This document shows positions 27,740 to 37,363 of a DNA stretch of 64,000 nucleotides, one piece after another; the stretch's first letter is position 1; each line of letters starts with the position of its first letter. Origin of the DNA: Candidatus Sericytochromatia bacterium (lineage in GTDB: Bacteria > Cyanobacteriota > Sericytochromatia > UBA7694 > JACMQJ01); contig JAXLXH010000001.1 in the NCBI GenBank assembly GCA_046328015.1, positions 796,131-860,130 on the forward strand. The letters are read 5' to 3'. The position numbers and the translations under genes are program-made. Under the pieces are notes generated by a model, which searched no databases, was not told where the DNA came from, and saw nothing but the letters and a program-made list of their open reading frames with translations.

Positions 27740-29794
27740 ATGAAATTACTAAAAACAGCTATTGCCTTAAGTTTTTTATTATCCGCTCAAAATGCTTTTG
27801 CTGAAGAAGATACTTCTTTAGAAAATGAAGCAGCAGTTCTTATAAAACCTACCGTTTCGATAGCGTCTAAATCAAGCTTGGAAATAAAAAAATCTCCAGG
27901 GGTTATTACACTTATAACTGAAGAAGAAATAAAAAAATCAGGTGCTAGAACTATACAAGAAGTTTTGGAAAAAGTACCTGGTATTGTTTTTAATGTTGAC
28001 GTTCAAGGTGGAGTTGGTATAAGTATAAGAGGATTATGGGGGCATGAAGGTAAAGTATTATTATTAGTTGATGGTCAACAACTTAATGATACTCTTTGGT
28101 CAACAACACTTTTTGGAAACCATATCACTACTAATCAAATAAAAAGAATAGAGGTATTAAGAGGACCGGGGTCTTCTATTTATGGTGGATACGCAGAATT
28201 AGCTGTTATTAACGTAATAACAAAAAAAGCAGAAGATTTAAAAGGTCTTTCTGCTAAAATTTCAGCAGGAGCTACTTATAATAACCCTATAAACTCATAT
28301 ACTAAAAGAAATTTAGAATTATCTTTTGGTGATAAATTTGGTGATTTAGGAGTTGCTTTACATAGTACCTTTGGTATGGGTAATACTAGTGATAAAGTTT
28401 TTACAGATTTTTATAGTAACTCTTTTGATATGTTAGGAAATCAAAACGAAAATCCTATGTATTTAAACTTAAATGTTCAATATAAAGATTTTTCTGCATT
28501 ATTAATTTCAGATCTATATAGAAGAAAATATGTAGATGGATACTCATATACAACTAAAAAAGATTTTGGTGCTATTCCTATAAACCATGATTCATATTTA
28601 GCTGAATTAAAATATGATCTTAAGCTAGGAAAATCTTTAACTTTAACACCAAAATTTAATTATATGAAATATTATCCTTGGTTTGCTGATGATGCGAAAG
28701 TAAAAGAATTAAATAAAGATCCTAATTATTCAGGTGTTTATTTTAATAGAACATCTGAAAGATATTCAGCAGATTTAACAGCTAATTATGATATTAATGA
28801 TAACTTTAACTTATTAGGTGGTGTTAATTATTACTATGATTTAGGAAAATCATTAGATAAAGATTTTGCTGATTTTGGTAGTGATAAAAAACAAGATTCT
28901 GTTACTTATAATACTTTAGCTGCTTTTGCACAAGGTTTATATAAAAATGATTTTATGACATTTACTTTAGGTTCTAGATATGAAAATAATAATGCTTATG
29001 GAGCTTCATTTGTTCCAAGAGCTTCTTTGGTAGGTTTTGTAGGAGATTTCCATACTAAATTATTATATAGTAAAGCTTTTAGATCTCCTAATATTATGAA
29101 TTTGGCTAAATTTTATAATACTTATAGTAAAAAGAATAATATAAGTCCAGAAAATACTACTGTTATGGAGTTAGAAGCTGGTTATGATATTACAAAAGAT
29201 TTATCTTTATCTCTTAATTTATTTGATATTAATATTCAAGATCCTATAATATTCTTCTATGATGAAAAAAATAAAGAATCTTATGATAATTTCCAAAAAA
29301 CTGGAACTAGAGGTGTTGAGGCTGAGATTAAATATTCTAATAGAAAAAATGTTTCTGTAGATTTATCATATTCTTTATATAATCAAAATGAAAATAAAGT
29401 AGATGTTTATAGCGTTCCAAATAACACCTCAGCTTTATTGGGTGCTCCTATGCATAAAGCAAATTTAGATGCTTCTTTTAGTTTAACAGATCATCTTTCT
29501 ATTAATCCTTCATTAATGTTTTTAGGGAATAGATTTGCTTATGGCTCTGTTACTAAAGATGATAAAGGACAAGACCAATTTATGATAAAAGAGTTTTCTC
29601 CAGTATTTTTACTTAATTTAAATATTTTATATAAAGATCTTCTTACTAAAGGTTTAAATTTAAGCCTTACTGGTTATAATTTACTTAATCAAAAAGATTT
29701 TTATTTACAACCATATAATGGTGGTCACGCCCCAATCGAAAGAAATTCTACAGAAATATCATTAAACCTTCAATATGATTTTATGATGCATTAA
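27740..29794 (+). CDS. TonB-dependent receptor
   Basis: Signal peptide; plug motifs ITEEEIKKSGARTI and IEVLRGPGSSIYGG; beta-barrel with terminal aromatic strand. Confidence 0.9.
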   Translation: MKLLKTAIALSFLLSAQNAFAEEDTSLENEAAVLIKPTVSIASKSSLEIKKSPGVITLITEEEIKKSGARTIQEVLEKVPGIVFNVDVQGGVGISIRGLWGHEGKVLLLVDGQQLNDTLWSTTLFGNHITTNQIKRIEVLRGPGSSIYGGYAELAVINVITKKAEDLKGLSAKISAGATYNNPINSYTKRNLELSFGDKFGDLGVALHSTFGMGNTSDKVFTDFYSNSFDMLGNQNENPMYLNLNVQYKDFSALLISDLYRRKYVDGYSYTTKKDFGAIPINHDSYLAELKYDLKLGKSLTLTPKFNYMKYYPWFADDAKVKELNKDPNYSGVYFNRTSERYSADLTANYDINDNFNLLGGVNYYYDLGKSLDKDFADFGSDKKQDSVTYNTLAAFAQGLYKNDFMTFTLGSRYENNNAYGASFVPRASLVGFVGDFHTKLLYSKAFRSPNIMNLAKFYNTYSKKNNISPENTTVMELEAGYDITKDLSLSLNLFDINIQDPIIFFYDEKNKESYDNFQKTGTRGVEAEIKYSNRKNVSVDLSYSLYNQNENKVDVYSVPNNTSALLGAPMHKANLDASFSLTDHLSINPSLMFLGNRFAYGSVTKDDKGQDQFMIKEFSPVFLLNLNILYKDLLTKGLNLSLTGYNLLNQKDFYLQPYNGGHAPIERNSTEISLNLQYDFMMH

Positions 29795-29802
29795 TTTTAA
29801 AT

Positions 29803-29904
29803 TGGGAGTGTCCAAAAATGGGCAAAGCATTGCTTTGCCCCTACGAAAATACTTGGTTTGATACCAATATTTTTCGTAAAAAAATGGCTTTTTGGACAGC
29901 CCCA
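29803..29904. mobile_element. 102-bp MITE with terminal inverted repeats and two internal hairpins
   Basis: TIRs TGGGAGTGTCCAAAAA / TTTTTGGACAGCCCCA (14 of 16 match); internal GGGCAAAGCATTGCTTTGCCC and TACGAAAA...TTTTCGTA. Confidence 0.75.
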
Positions 29905-30044
29905 ATTAACTTTTTTTTATACTACCAACAATAATTTTACTTACTTAATTCTACTTCATACTTTAACATTATTAATTTAAGCTATGATTGTCTAAAAGCC
30001 TTATTTAGATTATCATTATTATAATTATCATATTTGAGTTTTTT

Positions 30045-30695
30045 ATGGGTTTAATTAATACAATAATTTTTGATTTTGATGGGTTATTAGCAGATTCAGA
30101 ACCTATTTATTTAAAATGTAATAGAAAATACTTAGAAGAAATAGGTGTTAAAAACTACGCTATAGAGGATAAGTTATTTGGTATGAGAGCCGAAGAAGCT
30201 TTTACTGTAATAAAAAACGAATATAATTTAACTCAAGATATTACAGAAATGATAAAAAAAAGAAATGCTTATATGATTGCTGATTTTAGAGCAGGAGAAT
30301 TAAAAATGATGCCTTTTGCTATAGATAGCATACATAAGTTATCAAAAAAATATACTCTTGCTATAGGCTCATCTTCAAAAAAAGAATTATTAGATGAAGC
30401 TTTAGCTTTTTATGATTTAAATAGTTTTTTTCAAGTTATTGTATCTGGAGATGATGTTATAAATGGCAAACCAGAGCCTGATATTTATTTGAAAGTAGCT
30501 AATTTACTAAATAAAAAACCTGATGAATGTATTGTTTTAGAAGATTCACCTCATGGTATTAGTGCAGGTAAAAAAGCTAAAATGATTTCAATTGCTATAC
30601 CAAATGATCAAACTAAAACACTCAAGTTTTATGATAAACCTGACTATATATTAAATAATTTGGGTGAATTAGAAAATTTTATTAGTAATATTTAA
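30045..30695 (+). CDS. HAD family phosphatase (CbbY/beta-PGM-like)
   Basis: FDFDGLLADSE, GSSS, GKPEPDIY, LEDSPHG. Confidence 0.9.
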   Translation: MGLINTIIFDFDGLLADSEPIYLKCNRKYLEEIGVKNYAIEDKLFGMRAEEAFTVIKNEYNLTQDITEMIKKRNAYMIADFRAGELKMMPFAIDSIHKLSKKYTLAIGSSSKKELLDEALAFYDLNSFFQVIVSGDDVINGKPEPDIYLKVANLLNKKPDECIVLEDSPHGISAGKKAKMISIAIPNDQTKTLKFYDKPDYILNNLGELENFISNI

Positions 30696-30715
30696 AATTT
30701 TTAGGGAGAAGAAAA

Positions 30716-31255
30716 ATGCTTGATGATTCAATAAGAGATCCTTTAACAGGAGTATATAATTATGAATATTTTCAGGCTAGAATGAAAGAGGAAATATTAC
30801 GTTCTAATAGATATTCTAAACCTTATTCTGTGGTAAGATTTGATATTGATCATTTTAAGCAAATAAATGAGCAATATGGATTTGATTTTGGAAATAAAAT
30901 TTTAAAGCAATTTGCTGAATTATTACTAAATACAACTAGAGCAACGGATTTAATTGCAAGGCAAGAAGCAGAACAGTTTTTAGTTTTATTACCAGAAGTT
31001 AGTTTAGATGATTCTTTTTCTTTTGCAGAAAGAGCAAGAAAAATTACTGAAGAATGCGAAATTTTTGGGGATGAAAAAAATAGAATAAATATAACCGTTA
31101 GTTGTGGAATTGTTTCTTATGTAAGAAAAGAAGAAATGGATGTACAACAAATGTTACAATTATTAGATACTTCTGTATATCAAGCTAAAGATGATGGAAG
31201 GAATTGTATAGTTCCTTATACAATGTTTTTAGCAGAAAATAATGATTATGTTTAA
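30716..31255 (+). CDS. Stand-alone degenerate GGDEF-domain protein
   Basis: DPLTGVYN and FDIDHFKQINEQYG present; signature reads ARQEAEQF instead of RYGGEEF; RATD I-site upstream. Confidence 0.85.
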   Translation: MLDDSIRDPLTGVYNYEYFQARMKEEILRSNRYSKPYSVVRFDIDHFKQINEQYGFDFGNKILKQFAELLLNTTRATDLIARQEAEQFLVLLPEVSLDDSFSFAERARKITEECEIFGDEKNRINITVSCGIVSYVRKEEMDVQQMLQLLDTSVYQAKDDGRNCIVPYTMFLAENNDYV

Positions 31256-31257
31256 AA

Positions 31258-33207
31258 ATGATAAAAGCACCTATAATAGAAAGAATATGTCCTTTTTGTG
31301 TAAGTAGTATTGCAGAAGCTCAAGAATGTGTTTTTTGCTTTGATTGTAAAAAACCACATCATAAAGAATGTTGGCAATATAACTTAAATAGATGTGCTGC
31401 TTTTGGTTGCAAAGGTAATAAAATAGATACCAATTATTTAAAACCTGTTGCTTCTCCGAAAAAAATAGAACCTGTTCCTATCATTATAAATCCACCTCAA
31501 GAGATAGTAAAACCAGCAGTAAAAGAATTAAAGCTAAAACCTATAAAAAATAAAAAATATAAATATCCTAAGATTTTTAATAAAAAAGAAGCTAGGATTC
31601 CAGATTCAGTTCCAAAACCAGAGCAAGAGTTACCAGACTATATAAATGACCCTTTAAAACCAGAAGTTTTTTCTTTTGACCCTAATAAAAAAAGATATAT
31701 TAGAAAAGCTTTCCCTTTACCTGTAATAAGATACCCTAAGAAAAAAGAAGAAGTTTTTGAAACTATTCCAGTTCCTGAATTTCAAATTCCAGACTATGTT
31801 ACTCAAGAAGTAGTAAAACCAGAAGAGCCACCACCAGCTTATGTACCCAAAATGCCTGAATATTTAAGATTAAAAATAGAAAGTATTCAAAAGAAAAAAG
31901 ATAAAGATAAATTAAAAAAATATGGTAAAGCTCCAAAACCAGAAAGATACGTTCCTGATTATGTACATTTAAAAGAAATACCTAAAAAAAAGAAGAAAAA
32001 AAAGATACCGCAATATTTTAAACCATTAATAATGTATCCTCCTATGCCTATTAATGAAGACCATTTAATTTTAGAATCTAAGATAGAAAAACCTGAAGCT
32101 TATATTCCAGATTATGTTTATTCAGAGGTAGATGAAAATGATAAGTTTTTAAAAAGCCTTTTACCAGAAGAATTAGTAAAAAATAAAAAATGTATTCATT
32201 GTCATAAAACTTTTACTATAGAAGCTTTAATTTGCCCTCATTGTAAAAAAACACAAAGTTTAGAGGATTATAAATATTTAAATTATATAAAACCTGAAGT
32301 AAATGAAATTCGTGAAAATGATGAAAATATACAATACACAACTATTTTTGTTAATGTGGTAGGAATAAAATTTCTTACTTTACACAGAAATGGTTATTAT
32401 TTATCTTTTGGTTGTAAAGATAAAAATGTAAAAGTTTGGGATTTGAATAAAAAACAATTAATTTATGATTTAGAAGGTCATAGAAATTATGTAAATTGTG
32501 TTGATTTTAGTCCAGATGGAAGATATTTTGCCTCTGGAAGTGTGGACACTACTATAAGAATTTGGGGTGTTGAAGATGGAAGCTGTAAAAGAGAAGTAAA
32601 AGGTAATCCTATGGGTTTTAATCATATAAAATATAGCCCAGATGGAGATTATATTATATCTTCTAGTGGTGAAGGTATGATTAAAGTTTGGGAAAGATTC
32701 AATGGCCTATGTGTTAGGATGTTAAGGGCAGATCTAAGTTGGGTTAATTTGGCTACTTTTAGCCCAGATATGGAATATGTTTGTTCTTGTGATGCTGATA
32801 ATATGATAAGAATATGGGAAATCATGGAATCTAAACATATAAAAACTTTAGTAGGACATTTTGATTCTGTTAATACCATTGCTTTTAGTCCTAATGGACG
32901 ATATTTAGCTTCAGGTAGTAATGACAATACTATAAAAATATGGGATCTAAAAGGTGATGAACCTATTAGAAATCTTTTAGGACATTTTGATTCTGTTAAT
33001 GAAGTATCTTTTAGCCCAGATGGACGTTACCTAGTTTCTTGCAGTAATGATAAAACCGTTAAAGTATGGGATTTATACACCTTAAAATGTGTAAGAAATA
33101 TGAGAGGTCATAATGGAAGTGTAACTTCTGTAGTTTATGGTCATAATGGAACTTATGTTATTTCAGCTGGTGATGATAAAACCGTAAGGATTTGGTATTT
33201 AATTTAA
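31258..33207 (+). CDS. WD40-repeat protein with N-terminal RING-like Cys/His domain, Pro-rich PDY repeats and zinc ribbon
   Basis: CPFC...CFDCKKPHHKECW...CAAFGC; CIHC...CPHC; several GH...WD repeats in the C-terminal ~290 aa. Confidence 0.88.
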   Translation: MIKAPIIERICPFCVSSIAEAQECVFCFDCKKPHHKECWQYNLNRCAAFGCKGNKIDTNYLKPVASPKKIEPVPIIINPPQEIVKPAVKELKLKPIKNKKYKYPKIFNKKEARIPDSVPKPEQELPDYINDPLKPEVFSFDPNKKRYIRKAFPLPVIRYPKKKEEVFETIPVPEFQIPDYVTQEVVKPEEPPPAYVPKMPEYLRLKIESIQKKKDKDKLKKYGKAPKPERYVPDYVHLKEIPKKKKKKKIPQYFKPLIMYPPMPINEDHLILESKIEKPEAYIPDYVYSEVDENDKFLKSLLPEELVKNKKCIHCHKTFTIEALICPHCKKTQSLEDYKYLNYIKPEVNEIRENDENIQYTTIFVNVVGIKFLTLHRNGYYLSFGCKDKNVKVWDLNKKQLIYDLEGHRNYVNCVDFSPDGRYFASGSVDTTIRIWGVEDGSCKREVKGNPMGFNHIKYSPDGDYIISSSGEGMIKVWERFNGLCVRMLRADLSWVNLATFSPDMEYVCSCDADNMIRIWEIMESKHIKTLVGHFDSVNTIAFSPNGRYLASGSNDNTIKIWDLKGDEPIRNLLGHFDSVNEVSFSPDGRYLVSCSNDKTVKVWDLYTLKCVRNMRGHNGSVTSVVYGHNGTYVISAGDDKTVRIWYLI

Positions 33208-34361
33208 TGGATAAGTTAATCTCTAATATTGATAAAATAGCAAAAAATCTGAAAGAAAAATTTGTTTCTAAAGATAATATTATAGATGTTTTAATTATTG
33301 GTTTGATAGCAGGAGAAAATGTTTTTTTATTTGGACCTCCAGGAACAGCAAAAAGTGCTATAGTAAATGAATTAGCTAATTTGATAAATGGTAAAACTTT
33401 TGAGTATTTATTAACTAAATTTACCGAGCCAAATGAATTATTTGGTCCTTTTGATATAAGAAAGTTAAAAGAAGGTGAATTAATAACTAATACAGCAGGA
33501 ATGTTACCAGAAGCTAATTTTATTTTTTTAGATGAGTTATTAAATGCTAATAGTTCTATTTTAAATAGTTTATTAATGGTATTAAATGAAAAAGTTTTTA
33601 GAAGAGGTCAAGAATTAAAAAAATTACCTATTCTAATGACTGTAGGTGCAAGTAATCATTTACCTGAAGATGAAGCTTTACAAGCTCTATTTGATAGATT
33701 TTTATTAAGGGTTAATAGTGATAATGTATCAGCAGATTTTTTATTAAATGTATTAGATTCTGGTTGGGAATTAGAAAAAAATAGGACTAAAAAAGATATT
33801 TTAGAAAAAAAAGAAACTTATATATCTATAGAAGATTTATTCTTAATTCAAAAACAAATTTTTAGTATAGATTTAACTATGATAAAAAATGAATATTTAA
33901 AACTAATTCAAAATTTAAAAAATTCAGGCATTGTTATTTCAGATAGAAGAGCAGTTAAATTACAAAAATTAATCTCAGCTAGTGCTTTAATCTGTAATAG
34001 AAAAGAAGCTATAATTTCAGATTTATGGGTTTTAAAATATATTTGGGATAATCAAGAACAAATAGAAATTATAGAAAATCTTGTAGATAGTGTTATTAAT
34101 CAATTTTCGGAAGAAAATAATATACATCATCCAAGAGCTTTTATAAAAGATAATCCTAATCCAGATGAAATATTAAAAGATATTTTAGCTTTAAAAGAAA
34201 AATGGGATGATATTAATACCTCTTTAGAGGATAAAGCTATAATAAAAGATAAATTACGACATCTTAATGGAAGAATTTATTGGATTAAAAATCAAACTCA
34301 AAAGATATATTTAGAAGAAGAAATTAATAATTTTTGGAATAAAATAATTTTAGAAAATTAA
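33207..34361 (+). CDS. MoxR/RavA-like AAA+ ATPase
   Basis: GPPGTAKS, FEYLLTKFTEPNELFGPFDI, IFLDELLNANS, GASNHLPEDEALQALFDRF, SDRRAVK; TAATG overlap with the WD40 gene. Confidence 0.9.
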   Translation: MDKLISNIDKIAKNLKEKFVSKDNIIDVLIIGLIAGENVFLFGPPGTAKSAIVNELANLINGKTFEYLLTKFTEPNELFGPFDIRKLKEGELITNTAGMLPEANFIFLDELLNANSSILNSLLMVLNEKVFRRGQELKKLPILMTVGASNHLPEDEALQALFDRFLLRVNSDNVSADFLLNVLDSGWELEKNRTKKDILEKKETYISIEDLFLIQKQIFSIDLTMIKNEYLKLIQNLKNSGIVISDRRAVKLQKLISASALICNRKEAIISDLWVLKYIWDNQEQIEIIENLVDSVINQFSEENNIHHPRAFIKDNPNPDEILKDILALKEKWDDINTSLEDKAIIKDKLRHLNGRIYWIKNQTQKIYLEEEINNFWNKIILEN

Positions 34362-34374
34362 ATGCTAAAAAGAA

Positions 34375-34470
34375 GGGTATCCAAAAAGTAGTTTTTTACA
34401 AAAAATGTTTATGTCAAACCCATTGTTTTACCCTACATTACCCCGAAGCAGAGCTTCGAGGAATTATATA
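34375..34470. repeat. MITE-end remnant plus palindromic element
   Basis: GGGTATCCAAAAAG...TTACAAAAAA matches the 7047 and 29803 ends; TACCCCGAAGCAGAGCTTCGAGGAATT resembles the 39321 and 55597 hairpins. Confidence 0.6.
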
Positions 34471-34473
34471 AGA

Positions 34474-36063
34474 TTAAAAAGGCATATCAGATAAAGGAAT
34501 ATTAGGATTTTTTTCAATAAAATAGTTTAACGACCAATCACTAGTAAATAAAATAACCGTATTTTGATTTTTATCTTTTGCTGTTACTGCTCCTACTGGT
34601 ATAGTTGGTGATACCAAAATATCAGGATCAACTTCAGGAGAAACCCATCTTAATACACTCCAATTAGTCTGTTCTAATTTAGAATCTGCATTATATTCAC
34701 TTTTTAAACGGTATTGAACAACTTCAAATTGTAAAGGACCAACAGCTCCCAAAACAGTGGTTCCTTCATAAGGTCTATTTAAATCAAATGCTTGTAAAAC
34801 ACCTTCTTCTAATAATTGAGTCAAACCTTCTTTGAATTTTTTATAGTCTGATGTATTAGGGTTTATTAAGGTTATAAAATGCTCTGGAGCAAATTGAGGT
34901 ATTTTACTATAAATAATTTTATCATCTTCTGTAAGTGTATCTCCTATTTGAAAAGCTGCATTTCCAATTAAACCAACAATATCACCTGCATAAGCCTCAT
35001 CAATAGTTTCTCTTTGTTGTCCAAAAACAGAGTGAGCACTAGAAAGACGTATTTTTTTACCAGTTCTAGAATTAGTAGCTGAAATATTTCTTTCAAATTT
35101 TCCAGAGCATATTCTCAAAAAAGCTATTCTATCTCTATGTTTTGGATCCATGTTAGCTTGTATTTTAAATACAAATCCAGAAAAAGCAGGGTTATCAGGT
35201 TGAATAATATCACCATTTTTAGATTCTGTCGGTTGAGGAGCTAAAGAGTATTTTAAAAAATAATTTAATAGTAATTCTACTCCAAAATTATTCATAGCAC
35301 TACCAAAAAATACAGGTGTAATTTCGCCCTTAATCACTTTTTCTATTTGAAATTCTTCACCAGCAATATCTAACATTTCTATTTCTTCTTTCATAGTATT
35401 ATGAAGATTTTCTGGTAATCTTTCTTTTATAATATCAGCATCCAAATCACCTATATCAACACCAGCTTTATAAGCTCCACCAATAGTTTTTTCAAAAAGG
35501 TGTACTTGTTTTGCTAATCTGTCATAAACCCCTTTAAAATCTGAACCTGTGCCTATAGGCCAATTTATAGCGTAAGTTCCTATTTTTAAAATATTTTCTA
35601 TATCATCCAAAAGATCTATAGGCTCCATAGTCGGACGATCCATTTTATTTATAAAAGTAAAAATAGGTATTTTTCTTTTACTACAAATTTCAAAAAGTTT
35701 TTTAGTTTGAGTTTCTATACCTTTTGCTGCATCAATTACCATTACAACTGCATCTACTGCTGTAAGGATTCTATAAGTATCTTCAGAAAAATCTTGGTGC
35801 CCAGGTGTATCTAATAAGTTTATTCTGTAACCACTATATTCAAATTGTAAAACAGTAGATGTAATAGAAATACCTCTTTTTTTCTCCATTTCCATCCAAT
35901 CTGAAGTAGCGGTTCTTTGATTTTTTCTAGCTCTTACTGCACCTGCTTCTTGTAAAGCTCCACCATATAATAAAAATTTCTCTGTAAGAGTTGTTTTACC
36001 CGCATCTGGGTGAGATATAATAGCAAAATTTCTTCTTTTATTTATTTCTTCTAATAAACTCAT
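34474..36063 (-). CDS. prfC: Peptide chain release factor 3
   Basis: RRNFAIISHPDAGKTT, SDWMEMEKKRGISIT, DTPGHQDFSEDTYR, GAVGPLQFEV. Confidence 0.97.
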   Translation of the reverse strand: MSLLEEINKRRNFAIISHPDAGKTTLTEKFLLYGGALQEAGAVRARKNQRTATSDWMEMEKKRGISITSTVLQFEYSGYRINLLDTPGHQDFSEDTYRILTAVDAVVMVIDAAKGIETQTKKLFEICSKRKIPIFTFINKMDRPTMEPIDLLDDIENILKIGTYAINWPIGTGSDFKGVYDRLAKQVHLFEKTIGGAYKAGVDIGDLDADIIKERLPENLHNTMKEEIEMLDIAGEEFQIEKVIKGEITPVFFGSAMNNFGVELLLNYFLKYSLAPQPTESKNGDIIQPDNPAFSGFVFKIQANMDPKHRDRIAFLRICSGKFERNISATNSRTGKKIRLSSAHSVFGQQRETIDEAYAGDIVGLIGNAAFQIGDTLTEDDKIIYSKIPQFAPEHFITLINPNTSDYKKFKEGLTQLLEEGVLQAFDLNRPYEGTTVLGAVGPLQFEVVQYRLKSEYNADSKLEQTNWSVLRWVSPEVDPDILVSPTIPVGAVTAKDKNQNTVILFTSDWSLNYFIEKNPNIPLSDMPF

Positions 36064-36285
36064 AATTTAATTCCTTCCTTAAAAATAAAGATAATTTTTT
36101 AAATGTCTTTAAAAATAGAATTAGAAACTTATTAGAAGAAAAACTTATTGTTTAGTATTTTTAGATTTTCTATAATTAGTAAATTTCTAACTCAACCAAA
36201 ATTAACAAGCTAAAATACTTGTTTGGTTAAATAGGCTAATGAAAATCTAAAAATAATACCATTTTTGTTATAAATCCTTTTTTTA

Positions 36286-37134
36286 TTAAGATCCTAAAAA
36301 CTTAGAGATAAGTTCTAAGAATGATTTTTGATTGAATTGATCTTTTATTATAAAAGCATCTGCACCAGATTCCATACATCTTTTTTTATCTTCATCAGAA
36401 GAATGAGAGGTAATCATGATAACAGGTGTTTTTTTGTATTCAGGAGTATCTTTTATCCATTTTGTTAGAGTAATACCATCCATTTCAGGCATTTCTATAT
36501 CTGTAACTATAATATCAGGGTTATGTTTTTCTATATTCTTTTTACCTTCAACCCCATTTTTAGCTAAAATAACTTCAAATCCAGCTGATTCTAAGATACC
36601 TTTTTGTAAATTCCTTAAAATTACAGAATCATCAATAACAAGAGCTCTTCTTTTAGTTCTTGCTTGGGTATCTTCTTTTATTTCACCAAATTTATCTTTA
36701 TAGTGTTCTAATTCAGTTTTTATAGTTTCTAATTCTTGATTAACTTTTATATTAGTTGAAGCAGAACTAGAAGCCATTTCTGTCATCTTAGCATTTATTT
36801 TTGCTAATTCATTTTTTAATGTTGAGTTTTCATTTCTAAGTGTATTTAATTCAGATTCACTAGATTCTAATTTTTTCTTTAAAGTATTTAGCTCTGCATT
36901 CAAGCTTGCTTCAACTGAGACAGAATCATTATTAGAACTAGATATTTGCTGTAATTTATCTTCAGTAGCACGTAATTTATTCTCTTCAATAGAAAGTTTT
37001 TCTTTATAAGATTTAGTTTCATTTTCAGCTTCTATTAATGAGTTTTCAAGAGAAGAAACTTTAGACGTTAACTCTTCTATTTTTTTTAAGTTTTCAGAGT
37101 CTCCAGAAAATAAACCAAATAATTTCTTTAACAT
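36286..37134 (-). CDS. Response regulator: long coiled coil plus C-terminal receiver domain
   Basis: ALVIDDS, IIVTDIEMPEMDG, PVIMITS, GADAFIIK; heptad-rich N-terminal region. Confidence 0.88.
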   Translation of the reverse strand: MLKKLFGLFSGDSENLKKIEELTSKVSSLENSLIEAENETKSYKEKLSIEENKLRATEDKLQQISSSNNDSVSVEASLNAELNTLKKKLESSESELNTLRNENSTLKNELAKINAKMTEMASSSASTNIKVNQELETIKTELEHYKDKFGEIKEDTQARTKRRALVIDDSVILRNLQKGILESAGFEVILAKNGVEGKKNIEKHNPDIIVTDIEMPEMDGITLTKWIKDTPEYKKTPVIMITSHSSDEDKKRCMESGADAFIIKDQFNQKSFLELISKFLGS

Positions 37135-37363
37135 ATAAAAAATAAACCTCCAAAGCTAAAAAGCTTTTAATAACAAAGAAAATATATAATATCTTCCTTT
37201 AAATTCAATGCCCTAAATTTAATCTCAATAATTTACAAATTATACTTACACTAAGGATTTAACCTTTTTAAATTTAATACATAATATCAAAAAAACAGGA
37301 TAAAAAATATTAATATAATACTTTTTTTATTTAAGATTATTTAAGAAAAAGTGGATTAAAACT

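Noticed and set aside
30716-31255. Active diguanylate cyclase
   Set aside because: The signature motif is EAEQF, lacking the GG and the catalytic acidic pair.
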